From NCBI GenBank assembly GCA_963759225.1, contig CAVWYL010000001.1, positions 2,996 to 66,995 on the forward strand: DNA of 64,000 nucleotides. Reading direction: 5' to 3'. The position numbers and the translations under genes were made by a program. Source of the stretch: an uncultured Acidimicrobiales bacterium. GTDB lineage: Bacteria > Actinomycetota > Acidimicrobiia > Acidimicrobiales > VFJN01. The notes under the pieces are model-generated. The model was not told the origin of the DNA. It was given only the letters and a program-made list of their open reading frames with translations, and did not search any database. Positions 30,011 through 40,229 of this stretch are shown here, piece by piece; the first letter of the stretch is position 1; the number at the start of each line of letters is the position of its first letter.

Positions 30011-30844
30011 TCACGCCGCGCTCGCCGTGGGTCCCCCCGGACCGATCCCGGCGACCGGGCCCGCGTAGCGGCCGATCGCACCCGACACGAGCCCCAGGTC
30101 CGCCAGCCCCGGCAGCCGGTCGATGCGCCGATCGATCCGGGCGGCGATGGCGTGGCCGGGCTGGTCGCCGAACAGGGTCTGCACCATGAACGCCACCTCG
30201 CCGGGGGGCATGACCCCGGCGCCGACGGGCCGCCACAGGCGCCGCAGCGCCCACCGCACCACCCGCCGGGCCCGGGGATGGCCGGCCAGCCGGTCGGCGG
30301 CCTCGCCCGCGTAGAACGCGATGTGGTTCCCCTCCTGCCGCATGATCCGGTTGAGCAGGTCGGTGAGGACCGGGTGCTGGGCCTGGTCGATGAGCCGGGC
30401 GTAGCCGGCCTGGGTGGTCCACTCGTTGACCGCCCCCCAGGTCATGTGGAGGGCGCCGAACGCGCTGCCCGCCACGGCCGAGCCGGCGGCGTGCACCGCG
30501 GGCGCCAGCCGGTCGCGCAGGCCGAGCCCGCGCCGCAGCCGGGCGATCCGGGGCGGGCCGGCGTCCTCGCCGTGGGCGGCCAGCACGCGCCCGATGGCCT
30601 CGCCGTGCCACATCTCCTCGTAGCTCCACACCGTCAGGAACGTCGTGACCCGCGGGTCCTTGTGGGCCGGGGTGACGAGCAGGTCCCGGAGGTAGCAGAC
30701 GGTGTGGTGCTCGACGTCGTGCATGTAGCGCAGGCAGCGCAGCACGGAGCCGTCGAGGGGACGCGTGCGGAAGGCGTCGAAGTCGATGCCGGTCAGGTCG
30801 AGCCGGGTGGCCCGCTGGGCATATCGGTCAGGGTCGATCCGCAC
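30011..30844 (-). CDS. Ferritin-like/di-iron-carboxylate-type protein (family uncertain)
   Basis: ORF 30011..30844 is intact. Two E-x-x-H motifs (SYEEMWHGE and MRQEGNHIAF) in predicted helical regions suggest a di-iron site. Confidence 0.5.
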   Translation of the reverse strand: MRIDPDRYAQRATRLDLTGIDFDAFRTRPLDGSVLRCLRYMHDVEHHTVCYLRDLLVTPAHKDPRVTTFLTVWSYEEMWHGEAIGRVLAAHGEDAGPPRIARLRRGLGLRDRLAPAVHAAGSAVAGSAFGALHMTWGAVNEWTTQAGYARLIDQAQHPVLTDLLNRIMRQEGNHIAFYAGEAADRLAGHPRARRVVRWALRRLWRPVGAGVMPPGEVAFMVQTLFGDQPGHAIAARIDRRIDRLPGLADLGLVSGAIGRYAGPVAGIGPGGPTASAA

Positions 30845-30886
30845 ACCAGGTATTCGGTGCGGACCACCCGGTGGATGACCTGGTCT

Positions 30887-31957
<1,071 letters not shown>

Positions 31958-31983
31958 GCGAGGGTTCCTCCTAGAGGGCGGAT

Positions 31984-32613
31984 TCAGGGTGTGACGTCTT
32001 CGGCGCCGTCGAGCGCGGCCCGCTCGTCGGCGATCAGCCGGTCCAGCCAGGCGATGTCGGTCGCCAGGGCGGCCCGGTCGCGCTCGCGCAGCGAGCGCAG
32101 GTAGGTGTTGACGCGGCGGTCGGACGGGCCGGCCGGCTCGGCGGCCCGCCGGGCCAGCTCGGCCCGGCGCCGCTCGAACAGGGCCACCCGCTGGGCGGGG
32201 GCCAGGTTGCGGCAGAAGGCGACCCGCAGGGGGAACGACTTGTCGTCGGACACGTCGGTGTCGGCCAGCAGCTCGTGCAGGCGCTGCCGCCCGGCGTCGG
32301 TGATGCCGTAGACCTTCTTGCCCCGGGCGCCGCGGGCGCCTCGCCCGGCGCCGCCCGCCGCCCGGCGCTGGGCGCCGAACGCGGCCAGCTCGCCCACGAG
32401 CGAGCCGCTCATGGGGATGCGGGGCGCGGTGGGCACCGGCTTGTCGGACACGGCCTTGACCAGACCGGCCTTCTCCAGCCGCCCGAGGGCGGGATAGAGC
32501 GTGCCGAACGAGATGGCGAGGCGCAGACCGAGCAGGTCGCCCAGCCGCTTGCGCAGCTCGTAGCCGTGGAGATCGTTCTCTTCGAGGAGGCCGAGGACGG
32601 CGAGATCGAGCAT
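31984..32613 (-). CDS. PadR family transcriptional regulator upstream of ino1
   Basis: ORF 31984..32622 gives [52 protein letters not shown]. The start is ATG 32613 or GTG 32622. Confidence 0.85.
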   Translation of the reverse strand: MLDLAVLGLLEENDLHGYELRKRLGDLLGLRLAISFGTLYPALGRLEKAGLVKAVSDKPVPTAPRIPMSGSLVGELAAFGAQRRAAGGAGRGARGARGKKVYGITDAGRQRLHELLADTDVSDDKSFPLRVAFCRNLAPAQRVALFERRRAELARRAAEPAGPSDRRVNTYLRSLRERDRAALATDIAWLDRLIADERAALDGAEDVTP

Positions 32614-32628
32614 CGGTGTCACTCAGGT

Positions 32629-32705
32629 CGTGTGGGTCGGCAACGTGTGGGTCGGCGATGTTTCGGGGAACTATATCGAACCTGTCATATCGCATCGATA
32701 TATCG
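32629..32705. promoter_or_regulatory. Divergent promoter/operator region between padR-ino1 and DUF5318-ponA
   Basis: A 13-bp direct repeat CGTGTGGGTCGGC lies at 32629-32641 and 32644-32656. In the AT-richest patch of the window there is an inverted repeat ATATCG-cat-CGATAT (32687-32701), the palindrome CGATATATCG (32696-32705) and a third ATATCG (32673-32678). Confidence 0.5.
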
Positions 32706-32817
32706 GTCCGTGCAGTGTGCCTGCCGTTCAGCGGAACGTCAACCTCTGTTGGCCGGGCCGTCGGTCACATCGGCGTCCGGCGACAGTGGCGCCGTGGCGC
32801 CGCTACCCTCGCTGCCC

Positions 32818-33210
32818 ATGAGCTTCCGGCCGGAGGCGATCCGCGGAGCGAACGGCAGCGGTGCCGTCGTCGACTACCGCCTGACGCGTGAGGCGGTGGT
32901 GCGCGAGTACCGCAAGGGCCGCCTGTCGCGCCTGGACGTCTGCGACGCCCACCCCGAGCTGCGGCGGGCCGCCACCGGCGCCGGCACCGTCACGCAGGAG
33001 CCGTGCCCCATCTGCGAGGAGGAGCCGGTCACGCTCGTGACCTACGCCTTCGGTCCCCGGCTGCCGGCCGGCGGCCGCTGCGTCACCAACGCCCGCGAGA
33101 TGGCCAAGCTGGCCCGCGGCCGGTCCGCGGTGGCGTGTTACGTGGTCGAGGTGTGCACCGGGTGCGCGTGGAACCATCTCACCCGCGTGTTCCACGTCGG
33201 CGGCGAGTGA
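32818..33210 (+). CDS. DUF5318-like Cys-rich protein (Rv0049-like, upstream of ponA)
   Basis: ATG 32818 within ORF 32275..33210 gives 130 aa with CPICEEEP...CTGCAWNH. The position between padR/ino1 and ponA matches mycobacterial synteny. Confidence 0.65.
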   Translation: MSFRPEAIRGANGSGAVVDYRLTREAVVREYRKGRLSRLDVCDAHPELRRAATGAGTVTQEPCPICEEEPVTLVTYAFGPRLPAGGRCVTNAREMAKLARGRSAVACYVVEVCTGCAWNHLTRVFHVGGE

Positions 33211-33391
33211 CCTGACCTGCGGCGCGGCGGGCCGCATCCCGTCGCGTCGTGGCCCGGGGGGCGGAGACCGGTAGTCTTCTGGCCTCGGATGGCTGGACCG
33301 ACTCGAACACCCGATTTCGCCGGCGCGCGCCCGCGCCCGAGCGGCGACCGCCCGGCAGCCCAGAGCCGCCGCGGCCCCGGCGCCCCCCGGC

Positions 33392-36186
33392 GTGACGGCG
33401 CGCGCGTCCCCCCGGTCCAGCGAGCGGGCGACGGTTCCCGTCCGCGCCTCCGTCCGGCCCCGGCGCCGGGGCGACGCCCCGGACGCCTCCCTGCCCCCGT
33501 TCCCCGGACCCGACCCCGGGCCCCCGTTCCCCGGACCCGACGGACCCGGGCGATCGTTCCCGGCCCCCGGGCCCGGCGGCCCCGCGCCCCGGCCCCGCCC
33601 CGGTGGTCCCGGTCCCCGGCCCGATGGCGGCCCCCGTCCGGGCGGCGGCCCGCCCGGCCGGCGTGGTGGCGGCGGTCGTGGTGGTCGCGGCGGTGGCGGC
33701 GGGCGCGGTCCCGGCGGCAACGGCCCGAACGGCCCCGGCGGCCCGGGCGATCCCCGCGGGCCCCTCGGTCCCGACGACGGGTTCGGCGGGCCCGAACCGC
33801 CCGCCGGCCGGGACAAGCCCCGGAAGCGCAGCATCATCTGGCGCTGGCGCCGGGCCCTGTTCCTCGTCGCCCTGGCCATGCTCGCCGGCATGACGGGCGT
33901 GGTCGTCGTGTTCGCCCGCACCGAGCTGCCCGAGATCGGCGACCTGAACCAGTCCTCCTACATCTGCGCCTCGGACGTCGCGGCCGGGACGTGCACCCCC
34001 GAGACGGCGATGGCCCGCATCCAGGACGAGGAGGGCGAGAACCGCCGCATCATGGCCCTCGCCGAGATCCCGGCGGCGGTCAAGAACGCGGTCATCGCCA
34101 CCGAGGACCGCAACTTCTACGAGCACGACGGCCTCAACCCCATCGGCATCGCCCGGGCCCTGTTCCAGAACGTGAAGGGCGGGTCGGTCTCCCAGGGCGG
34201 CTCCACGATCACCCAGCAGTACGTGAAGAACGCCTTCGACCTCACGACCGAGAAGGCGGTCAGCCGCAAGGCCAAGGAGGCCATCCTCAGCATCAAGCTC
34301 GAGCAGCAGATGTCGAAGGACGAGATCCTCGAGGGCTATCTCAACGACATCTACTTCGGGCGCGGCGCCTACGGCGTGGCGGCCGCGAGCGAGGCCTACT
34401 TCGGCCGGGACGTGCGCACGCTGACCGAGTCGGAGGCGGCGCTGCTGGCCGGCCTCATCCGGGCTCCGGCCACCGCCGATCCCACGAACCATCCCGAGGA
34501 GGCGATCCGCCGGCGCCACACCGCGCTCGTCGCCATGCGCGAGGAGGGCTACATCACCCGCGACGCCTTCGAGATGTTCGACGCGGTGCCGGTCGAGGGC
34601 CTGGGCGTCCTGCCCTACCGGTCGGTGCAGATCACCGAGGTGCGCAGGGGCGGCGGCGCCGACCCCGACTACATGGGCACCGACTACCTCCCGCCCTTCA
34701 TCCGGGAGGAGGTCAAGCGCATCGACCCGGTGCTCTTCACCGACAACAAGATCGACCGCGGCGGGCTCCGGATCTACACCTCGCTCGACTACAACATGCA
34801 GCGGGCCGCCTGGCAGGCGGTGACCTCGACGCTCGACCGCGAGGACGACCCCGCGACGCCCGAGTTCGAGGGCGACCCCGAGGCCGCGCTCGTGGCCGTC
34901 GACGACCAGGGCCTCATCCGGGCCATGGTCGGCAGCCGCCATCCGCTGGACCGCCACCGCAGTACGAGAACAACTACTCGCTGGCCCGGCGGCAGACCGG
35001 CTCGACGTTCAAGCCGCTGGTGCTGGCGGAGGCCATCCGGGAGGGCATCTCCCTGAAGTCGCGCTTCAACGCCCAGGGCGTGATGGAGTTCCCGCAGTGG
35101 CCCAACCCCGACGGGTCCCCGTGGGAGGTCGGCAACTACTCCGAGAGCGACGCCGGGGTCCTCGACCTCGTCGCCGCCACCCGCGAGTCGTCGAACACCG
35201 CGTACGCCCAGCTCATGCTGGAGCTCGGGACCGACCGGGTCGACACCGACGGCGACGGCGCCGCCCACGCCGCGGCCGGCGCCAACAGCGTCGCCGACCT
35301 GGCGGCGCAGATGGGCCTGGGCGGGGCCGACGGCATCCCCGAGGACAGGCGCACCCCGGCCATGGTGCTCGGCTCGGCCGAGGCCACGCCGCTGGAGATG
35401 GCCGGCGTCTACTCGACGTTCGCCAACCGCGGGTACTACAAGCGCCCCCAGATCGTCACCCGCGTCGAGCAGGTCGACCAGGACGGCAACACCGAGGTGC
35501 TGTGGGAGTTCGCCCCCCAGCAGACCCAGGTGCTGCCCGAGGGCCAGGCCGATCTCGTGAACCACGCCCTGCAGGCCGTGGTCGGCGACGGCGGCACGGC
35601 CGAGGGGGCGAACCTCGGCAAGCCGACGGCCGGCAAGACCGGCACCTCCCAGCAGAACCGGAACGCCTGGTTCGCCGGCTTCGTGCCCAAGCTCACCGCC
35701 GTGGTGTGGATGGGCTATCCCGACGCCGGCGACGGCACCGGCTGGGACGACCCGGAGACACCGGAGTTCGACGACGCACTGTGGCCCATGAACAGCAACG
35801 GCCGGCTCGTCCACGGGCGGCCGGCCACCGGTGGATCGCTGCCCGCCACCATGTGGAAGAAGTTCATGGAGATCGCCACGGAGGGCATGGAGGACGGGTT
35901 CACCGAGCCCACCCAGCAGCAGATCAACTTCGGCCGGGTGGTCAACGAGCGGGACCTGCAGACGCCGGACGAGCAGCCCCCGGAGACGGTGCCCGAGGAC
36001 CCCGGCATGACGATCATCGACCCCGAGCCCGGCGGGGGGCCGGGCGGCACCCGGCCGGGGGGACCGGGTCAGACGACCACGACGACCGACGACGACTCGA
36101 CGACGACCACGGGCGGACCCGGCTCCACGTTCACGGTGCCGACGATCCCGGGCGGTCCGGGACGACCAACCGGTCCCGGCGGCTGA
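33392..36186 (+). CDS. ponA: Class A penicillin-binding protein (transglycosylase/transpeptidase), with an apparent 1-nt deletion near 34950
   Basis: GT51 motifs EDRNFYEHDG and GGSTITQQYVKN are in ORF 33392..35056. The transpeptidase motifs GSTFKP, SSNTAY and GKTGTS are in the frame of ORF 33289..36186. There is a long Pro/Gly-rich N-terminus and a Thr/Gly/Pro-rich C-terminus. Confidence 0.9.
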
Positions 36187-36196
36187 CGCCGGGGCA

Positions 36197-36397
36197 CTAG
36201 GCCTCCACGGGCCGGTGGGGATAGCTGGAACGGCAGGGGAAGCACCACCGCTCGACCTCGTCGACCACCTCGACCTTCTCCTCCGTGTCCCACGCCTCGG
36301 GCGTGACGTAGACCCGGTGGACCCGCACGAGATCGTCGGCCGGGGCACCGCACGACTCGCACGATCCGGACCCGGGGGAATGTGCGGGCGTCGACAT
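36197..36397 (-). CDS. Small zinc-ribbon-like protein (66 aa), hypothetical
   Basis: ATG 36397 within ORF 36197..36490 gives MSTPAHSPGSGSCESCGAP...ERWCFPCRSSY, with two CxxC pairs. Confidence 0.45.
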   Translation of the reverse strand: MSTPAHSPGSGSCESCGAPADDLVRVHRVYVTPEAWDTEEKVEVVDEVERWCFPCRSSYPHRPVEA

Positions 36398-36480
36398 GGC
36401 GTTGACGCTACCGATCCCGCTACGTTCGGCCCTACCGCCGGCAGCCATCGAGGCGCTGGACGGAGAAGGAGGTTCGTGCC

Positions 36481-37359
36481 GTGCGCACACTGACCGTTCC
36501 CGCGATCCGCTCGTCCAAGGTACGAGACGGCCGCGATCCCCTCGTCATGGTGACCGCCTACGACGCGCCGGGCGCCCGCCAGGCGCATGCGGCGGGGGTC
36601 GACATGATCCTCGTCGGCGACTCGCTGGCCATGATGGTCCTCGGCTACGACGACACGCTGGCCGTGTCGGTCGACGACATCGCCCACCACACCGGCGCCG
36701 TGAAGCGGGGCCTGGCCACCTCGTCCGCCGAGGGTCCCCTTCCGCTGGTGGTCGGCGACCTGCCGTGGATGAGCTACCACACCTCCCGCGACGACGCCGT
36801 CCGCAACGCCGCCACGCTGATCCGGGCCGGGGCCCAGAGCGTCAAGCTCGAGGGCGGCCGCAAGCGCGTGAGCGTGATCGAGGCCATCGTCGACGCCGAG
36901 ATCCCCGTCATGGGCCACCTGGGCCTGACCCCGCAGTCGCTCCACGCGCTGGGCGGGTTCAAGGTCCAGGGCCGCAAGCACGACGCCGCGCTGGCGCTGC
37001 GTGACGACGCCAAGGCGCTGGCCGCGGCCGGCTGCTTCGCCATCGTGCTGGAGGGGGTGCCCGACCAGGTGGCCAAGCTGGTGACCGAGGCCGTGGACGT
37101 CCCGACGATCGGCATCGGGGCCGGCCGGGACTGCGACGGCCAGGTGCTCGTGTACCACGACGTGCTGGGCCTCGAGGAGCGCATCCGGCCCAAGTTCGTC
37201 CGCCGCTACGCCGAGCTGGGCGCGGCCTCGGTCGAGGCGCTCGCCGCGTTCGCCGACGACGTGCGCACCCGGCGGTTCCCCGACGACAGCGAGACGTACC
37301 ACCTGTCGGCCGAGGTGGCCGAGTCGCTGAGCCTGTACGGGGGGCCCGCCTCCAGCTAG
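36481..37359 (+). CDS. panB: 3-methyl-2-oxobutanoate hydroxymethyltransferase
   Basis: ORF 36481..37359 is intact and is preceded by GGAGAAGGAGG. Motifs: VMVTAYDAP, ILVGDSLAMMVLGY, VKLEGG, VMGHLGLTPQS, IVLEGVP. Confidence 0.92.
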   Translation: MRTLTVPAIRSSKVRDGRDPLVMVTAYDAPGARQAHAAGVDMILVGDSLAMMVLGYDDTLAVSVDDIAHHTGAVKRGLATSSAEGPLPLVVGDLPWMSYHTSRDDAVRNAATLIRAGAQSVKLEGGRKRVSVIEAIVDAEIPVMGHLGLTPQSLHALGGFKVQGRKHDAALALRDDAKALAAAGCFAIVLEGVPDQVAKLVTEAVDVPTIGIGAGRDCDGQVLVYHDVLGLEERIRPKFVRRYAELGAASVEALAAFADDVRTRRFPDDSETYHLSAEVAESLSLYGGPASS

Positions 37360-37406
37360 TGCCCGGGCGCCGGACCGCGGCCGGCCCGGGATGGCAGGAT
37401 GCGCCG

Positions 37407-38114
37407 GTGACGTCGTCCCTTCACCACGGAACGTCCCGCCCGTCCCGCCTGCGCCGGGCCGCCGCGGCCGCGCTGGCCCTCGTGCTCGTCGCCGGGGCCG
37501 GGGCCTGCGGCGACGACGACGAGGGGTCCGGCTCCGCGCCGGGCACCACCGGTGACGAGCAGGCCCAGGACCAGACCACGCCGCCGGTCACCGAGCTGGT
37601 CGGGCCGACGGGGCCGATGTCGGCCGACGAGCTGGCCCAGTGGTCGGGCGATGCGCCGGCCGTGGCGGGGGCGGAGGGCGATGCCCCGCCGGCCCCGGGC
37701 GAGGCCCCGGTGCCCGACGTGGGCGAGACGGCCATCGCCATCACCGATCCCGACGGCAACGTCGAGTCGTGCTGCGTGATGGTGGCGGCCAGCTCCGCCC
37801 AGCGGGGGCGGGGCCTCATGGAGGTCACCGACCTCGGCGGCTTCGCCGGGATGCTGTTCATGTGGGAGGCGGACACGGCGGGCGGGTTCTGGATGCGCAA
37901 CACGCCGACGCCCCTGTCGATCGCCTGGTACGACGCGGAGGGGAACTACGTGTCGGCGGCCGACATGGAGCCGTGCGGCGACCTCGACACCTGCCCGACC
38001 TACGAGCCGGAGGGGCCGTACCGCTTCGCGCTGGAGGTCCCGCAGGGCGACCTGGTCGACCTCGGTGCGGGCCCCGGCAGCCGGCTCACGATCGGCGGCG
38101 CCTGCGACGGCTGA
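37407..38114 (+). CDS. DUF192-domain lipoprotein (start GTG 37407 preferred over 37359)
   Basis: ORF 37359..38114. The signal/lipobox is RLRRAAAAALALVLVAGAGAC. The DUF192-like core is RGRGLMEVTDLGGFAGMLFMW...FWMRNTPTPLSIAW. Confidence 0.7.
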   Translation: MTSSLHHGTSRPSRLRRAAAAALALVLVAGAGACGDDDEGSGSAPGTTGDEQAQDQTTPPVTELVGPTGPMSADELAQWSGDAPAVAGAEGDAPPAPGEAPVPDVGETAIAITDPDGNVESCCVMVAASSAQRGRGLMEVTDLGGFAGMLFMWEADTAGGFWMRNTPTPLSIAWYDAEGNYVSAADMEPCGDLDTCPTYEPEGPYRFALEVPQGDLVDLGAGPGSRLTIGGACDG

Positions 38115-38276
38115 GCGGGCATCAGCGCCCGGCCGAAACTGTCACACCCCTCAGGCATCATCGGGATGTGTCGATCGGCGCCGTCGCCCGCTATGGTTCC
38201 CGGGTCATATTCGCCCTGCTCCGCGGTTGCGCGGGGCCCCGGCTCAGCCGGGTCCGAAGGGAGGTGAGTGCTCGCG

Positions 38277-38603
38277 ATGCGAGCCTACGAACTGATGGTC
38301 ATCATCGACGCCGAGCTCGACGACGAGGTGATCGATGCCACCGTCAAGCGGATCGCCGATCTGATCGGCCAGCGAGGGGGCGAGATCCGCAGCGAAGACC
38401 GCTGGGGCCGCCGCCGCTTCGCCTACGAGATCAACCACAAGACCGAGGGCTACTACGTGGTCTGGGAGTTTGTGGGAGGCAGCGACCTCGACCAGCTCGA
38501 GCGGGCGCTGCGACTCGCGGACGAGACCGTCCGCCACAAGGTCGTGCGCCTGCCCGACCACGAGGCTGCTCGCCGCGGCCTGGTCGACCAGGCCGCCAGC
38601 TAG
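38277..38603 (+). CDS. rpsF: 30S ribosomal protein S6
   Basis: ATG 38277 (MRAYELMVIIDAEL...RWGRRRFAYEINHKTEGYY) lies within ORF 38268..38603, with GGGAGG upstream. The C-terminus ...LVDQAAS has no acidic tail. Confidence 0.93.
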   Translation: MRAYELMVIIDAELDDEVIDATVKRIADLIGQRGGEIRSEDRWGRRRFAYEINHKTEGYYVVWEFVGGSDLDQLERALRLADETVRHKVVRLPDHEAARRGLVDQAAS

Positions 38604-38615
38604 GAGGCATCCGCA

Positions 38616-39098
38616 ATGTCGTCCAACGTCACCATCGTGGGCAACCTGACCCGCGATCCCGAACTGCGCTTCACCCCGGCCGGGGCACCCGTGACCACCT
38701 TCGGGGTGGCCGTCAACCGCCGGTGGCAGAACCGCGACAGCCAGCAGTGGGAGGAGAGCACGTCCTTCTTCAACGTCACCTGCTGGCGTGACCTCGCCCA
38801 GAACGTGTCCGAGTCGCTGGAGAAGGGCGCGCGGGTCGTCGTGACCGGCCGCCTCGAGCAGCGCTCGTGGGAGACCAACGACGGCGAGCGCCGCTCGGTC
38901 GTCGAGATCGTGGCCGACGAGGTCGGTCCCAGCCTGCGCTGGGCCACCGCCGAGATCAGCCGGAACGACCGCCGCGACGGCGGCGGCGACGGCGGGTGGA
39001 GCAGCGGGGGCGGCGGTGGTGGCGGCGGAGGCGGCGGCAAGCGCCCTGCCCAGAACGAGCCGGCGCCCGCCTTCGATCCCTCCGAGGAGCCCTTCTGA
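38616..39098 (+). CDS. ssb: Single-stranded DNA-binding protein
   Basis: ORF 38616..39098 is intact: VTIVGNLTRDPELRFTPAG, a Gly-rich linker and the acidic tip DPSEEPF. Confidence 0.95.
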   Translation: MSSNVTIVGNLTRDPELRFTPAGAPVTTFGVAVNRRWQNRDSQQWEESTSFFNVTCWRDLAQNVSESLEKGARVVVTGRLEQRSWETNDGERRSVVEIVADEVGPSLRWATAEISRNDRRDGGGDGGWSSGGGGGGGGGGGKRPAQNEPAPAFDPSEEPF

Positions 39099-39538
39099 TG
39101 CCCGCCAAGTCACGCTCGAAGAACAAGGACAACGCCCGCAGGGCGAAGAAGAAGACCAGCCTGCTCATCACCGAGGGCGTCGAGTACGTCGACTGGAAGG
39201 ACGTGAACCTGCTGCGCCGGTTCATGTCCGACCGCTCCAAGGTGCGGGCCCGGCGGGTCACCGGCAACAACGCCCAGCAGCAGGCCGACGTGGCCAAGGC
39301 CATCAAGAACGCCCGCGAGATGGCGCTGCTGCCGTACGTCACCCGCATCACCCAGCAGCGGGGCGGGCGCGGTGACCGTGGCGACCGCGGCGACCGCGGA
39401 GATCGCGGCGATCGCGGTGACCGTGGCGATCGCGGCCCCCGGGGTCCCCGTGAGGATCGCGGCCCCCGCGAGGACAGCGCCCCGCGTGAGGCGCCTCCTG
39501 CGCCCGTGAGCGCGGCGCCGAACGGGAGCAGCGAGTGA
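39098..39538 (+). CDS. rpsR: 30S ribosomal protein S18 with a roughly 60-aa GDR-repeat C-terminal extension
   Basis: ATG 39098 overlaps the ssb stop (TGATG). The core is VDWKDVNLLRRFMSDRSKVRARRVTGNNAQQQADVAKAIKNAREMALLPY. This is followed by about seven tandem GDR tripeptides encoded by a 9-bp repeat at 39371-39433. Confidence 0.9.
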   Translation: MPAKSRSKNKDNARRAKKKTSLLITEGVEYVDWKDVNLLRRFMSDRSKVRARRVTGNNAQQQADVAKAIKNAREMALLPYVTRITQQRGGRGDRGDRGDRGDRGDRGDRGDRGPRGPREDRGPREDSAPREAPPAPVSAAPNGSSE

Positions 39539-39984
39539 TGAAGGTCATCCTCCGCACCGACGTGTCCGCCCTCGGCAAGCGGGGCGACATCCTGGACGTG
39601 TCCGACGGGTACGCCCGCAACTACCTGGTGCCCAAGGGCCTCGCCATGAAGGCGTCGGCCGGGGCCGCCGACCAGGCGGCGAGCATGCGCCGTGCCCGCG
39701 ACCAGCGCGACGCCCAGGACCGGGCCGCCGCCGAGGCGCTGGCGACGACGCTGGTCCCCAAGGTGATCACGGTGACCGCCCGGGCGGGCACCGAGGGCCG
39801 GCTGTTCGGCTCGGTGACCGCGGGCGACATCGCCACGGCCGTCGAGGCCCAGACCAACGTCCAGCTCGACCGGCGCAAGATCGTGCTCGCCGAGCCGATC
39901 AAGACGCTGGGCACCCACACGGTGCCGGTGAAGCTGCACACGGACGTCGAGTTCCCCGTCACCCTCGACGTCGTCGCCGAGTGA
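39538..39984 (+). CDS. rplI: 50S ribosomal protein L9
   Basis: MKVILRTDVSALGKRGDILDVSDGYARNYLVPKGLA (ORF 39535..39984; ATG 39538). Confidence 0.93.
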   Translation: MKVILRTDVSALGKRGDILDVSDGYARNYLVPKGLAMKASAGAADQAASMRRARDQRDAQDRAAAEALATTLVPKVITVTARAGTEGRLFGSVTAGDIATAVEAQTNVQLDRRKIVLAEPIKTLGTHTVPVKLHTDVEFPVTLDVVAE

Positions 39985-40229
39985 GCGTGGTCGGGCGGGC
40001 TCATGCGCAGCCCGTCCGACCGATCTCCCGCTGACTCCACGGAATCCACAGACGGTCCACAGGCCGCGAGGCCGATTCGACCGCGCACGGACGGATTGAC
40101 GGGTCCGGACTCACACTCAGCGTCATCAGGGGGTGGGTATCCCCAGGCCTTGGCCGGTCGTCCACAGCGTTTCCCGAGGTTTGTGCCTCTTACTCCTCAC
40201 AGGACCGGGCTGCGAGGGTGAACCCCGCA

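Noticed and set aside
33165-33200. CGTGGAAC ... GTTCCACG half-sites that looked like an extra parS.
   Set aside because: The halves are in the wrong order and 14 nt apart. They lie inside the DUF5318 CDS, encoding the conserved-looking CAWNH...VFHV. No complete palindrome is present.
38950-39040. The GGC/GGT-rich run in ssb as a simple-sequence repeat of interest.
   Set aside because: It encodes the normal Gly-rich flexible linker of SSB that precedes the acidic tip, so this is expected biology.
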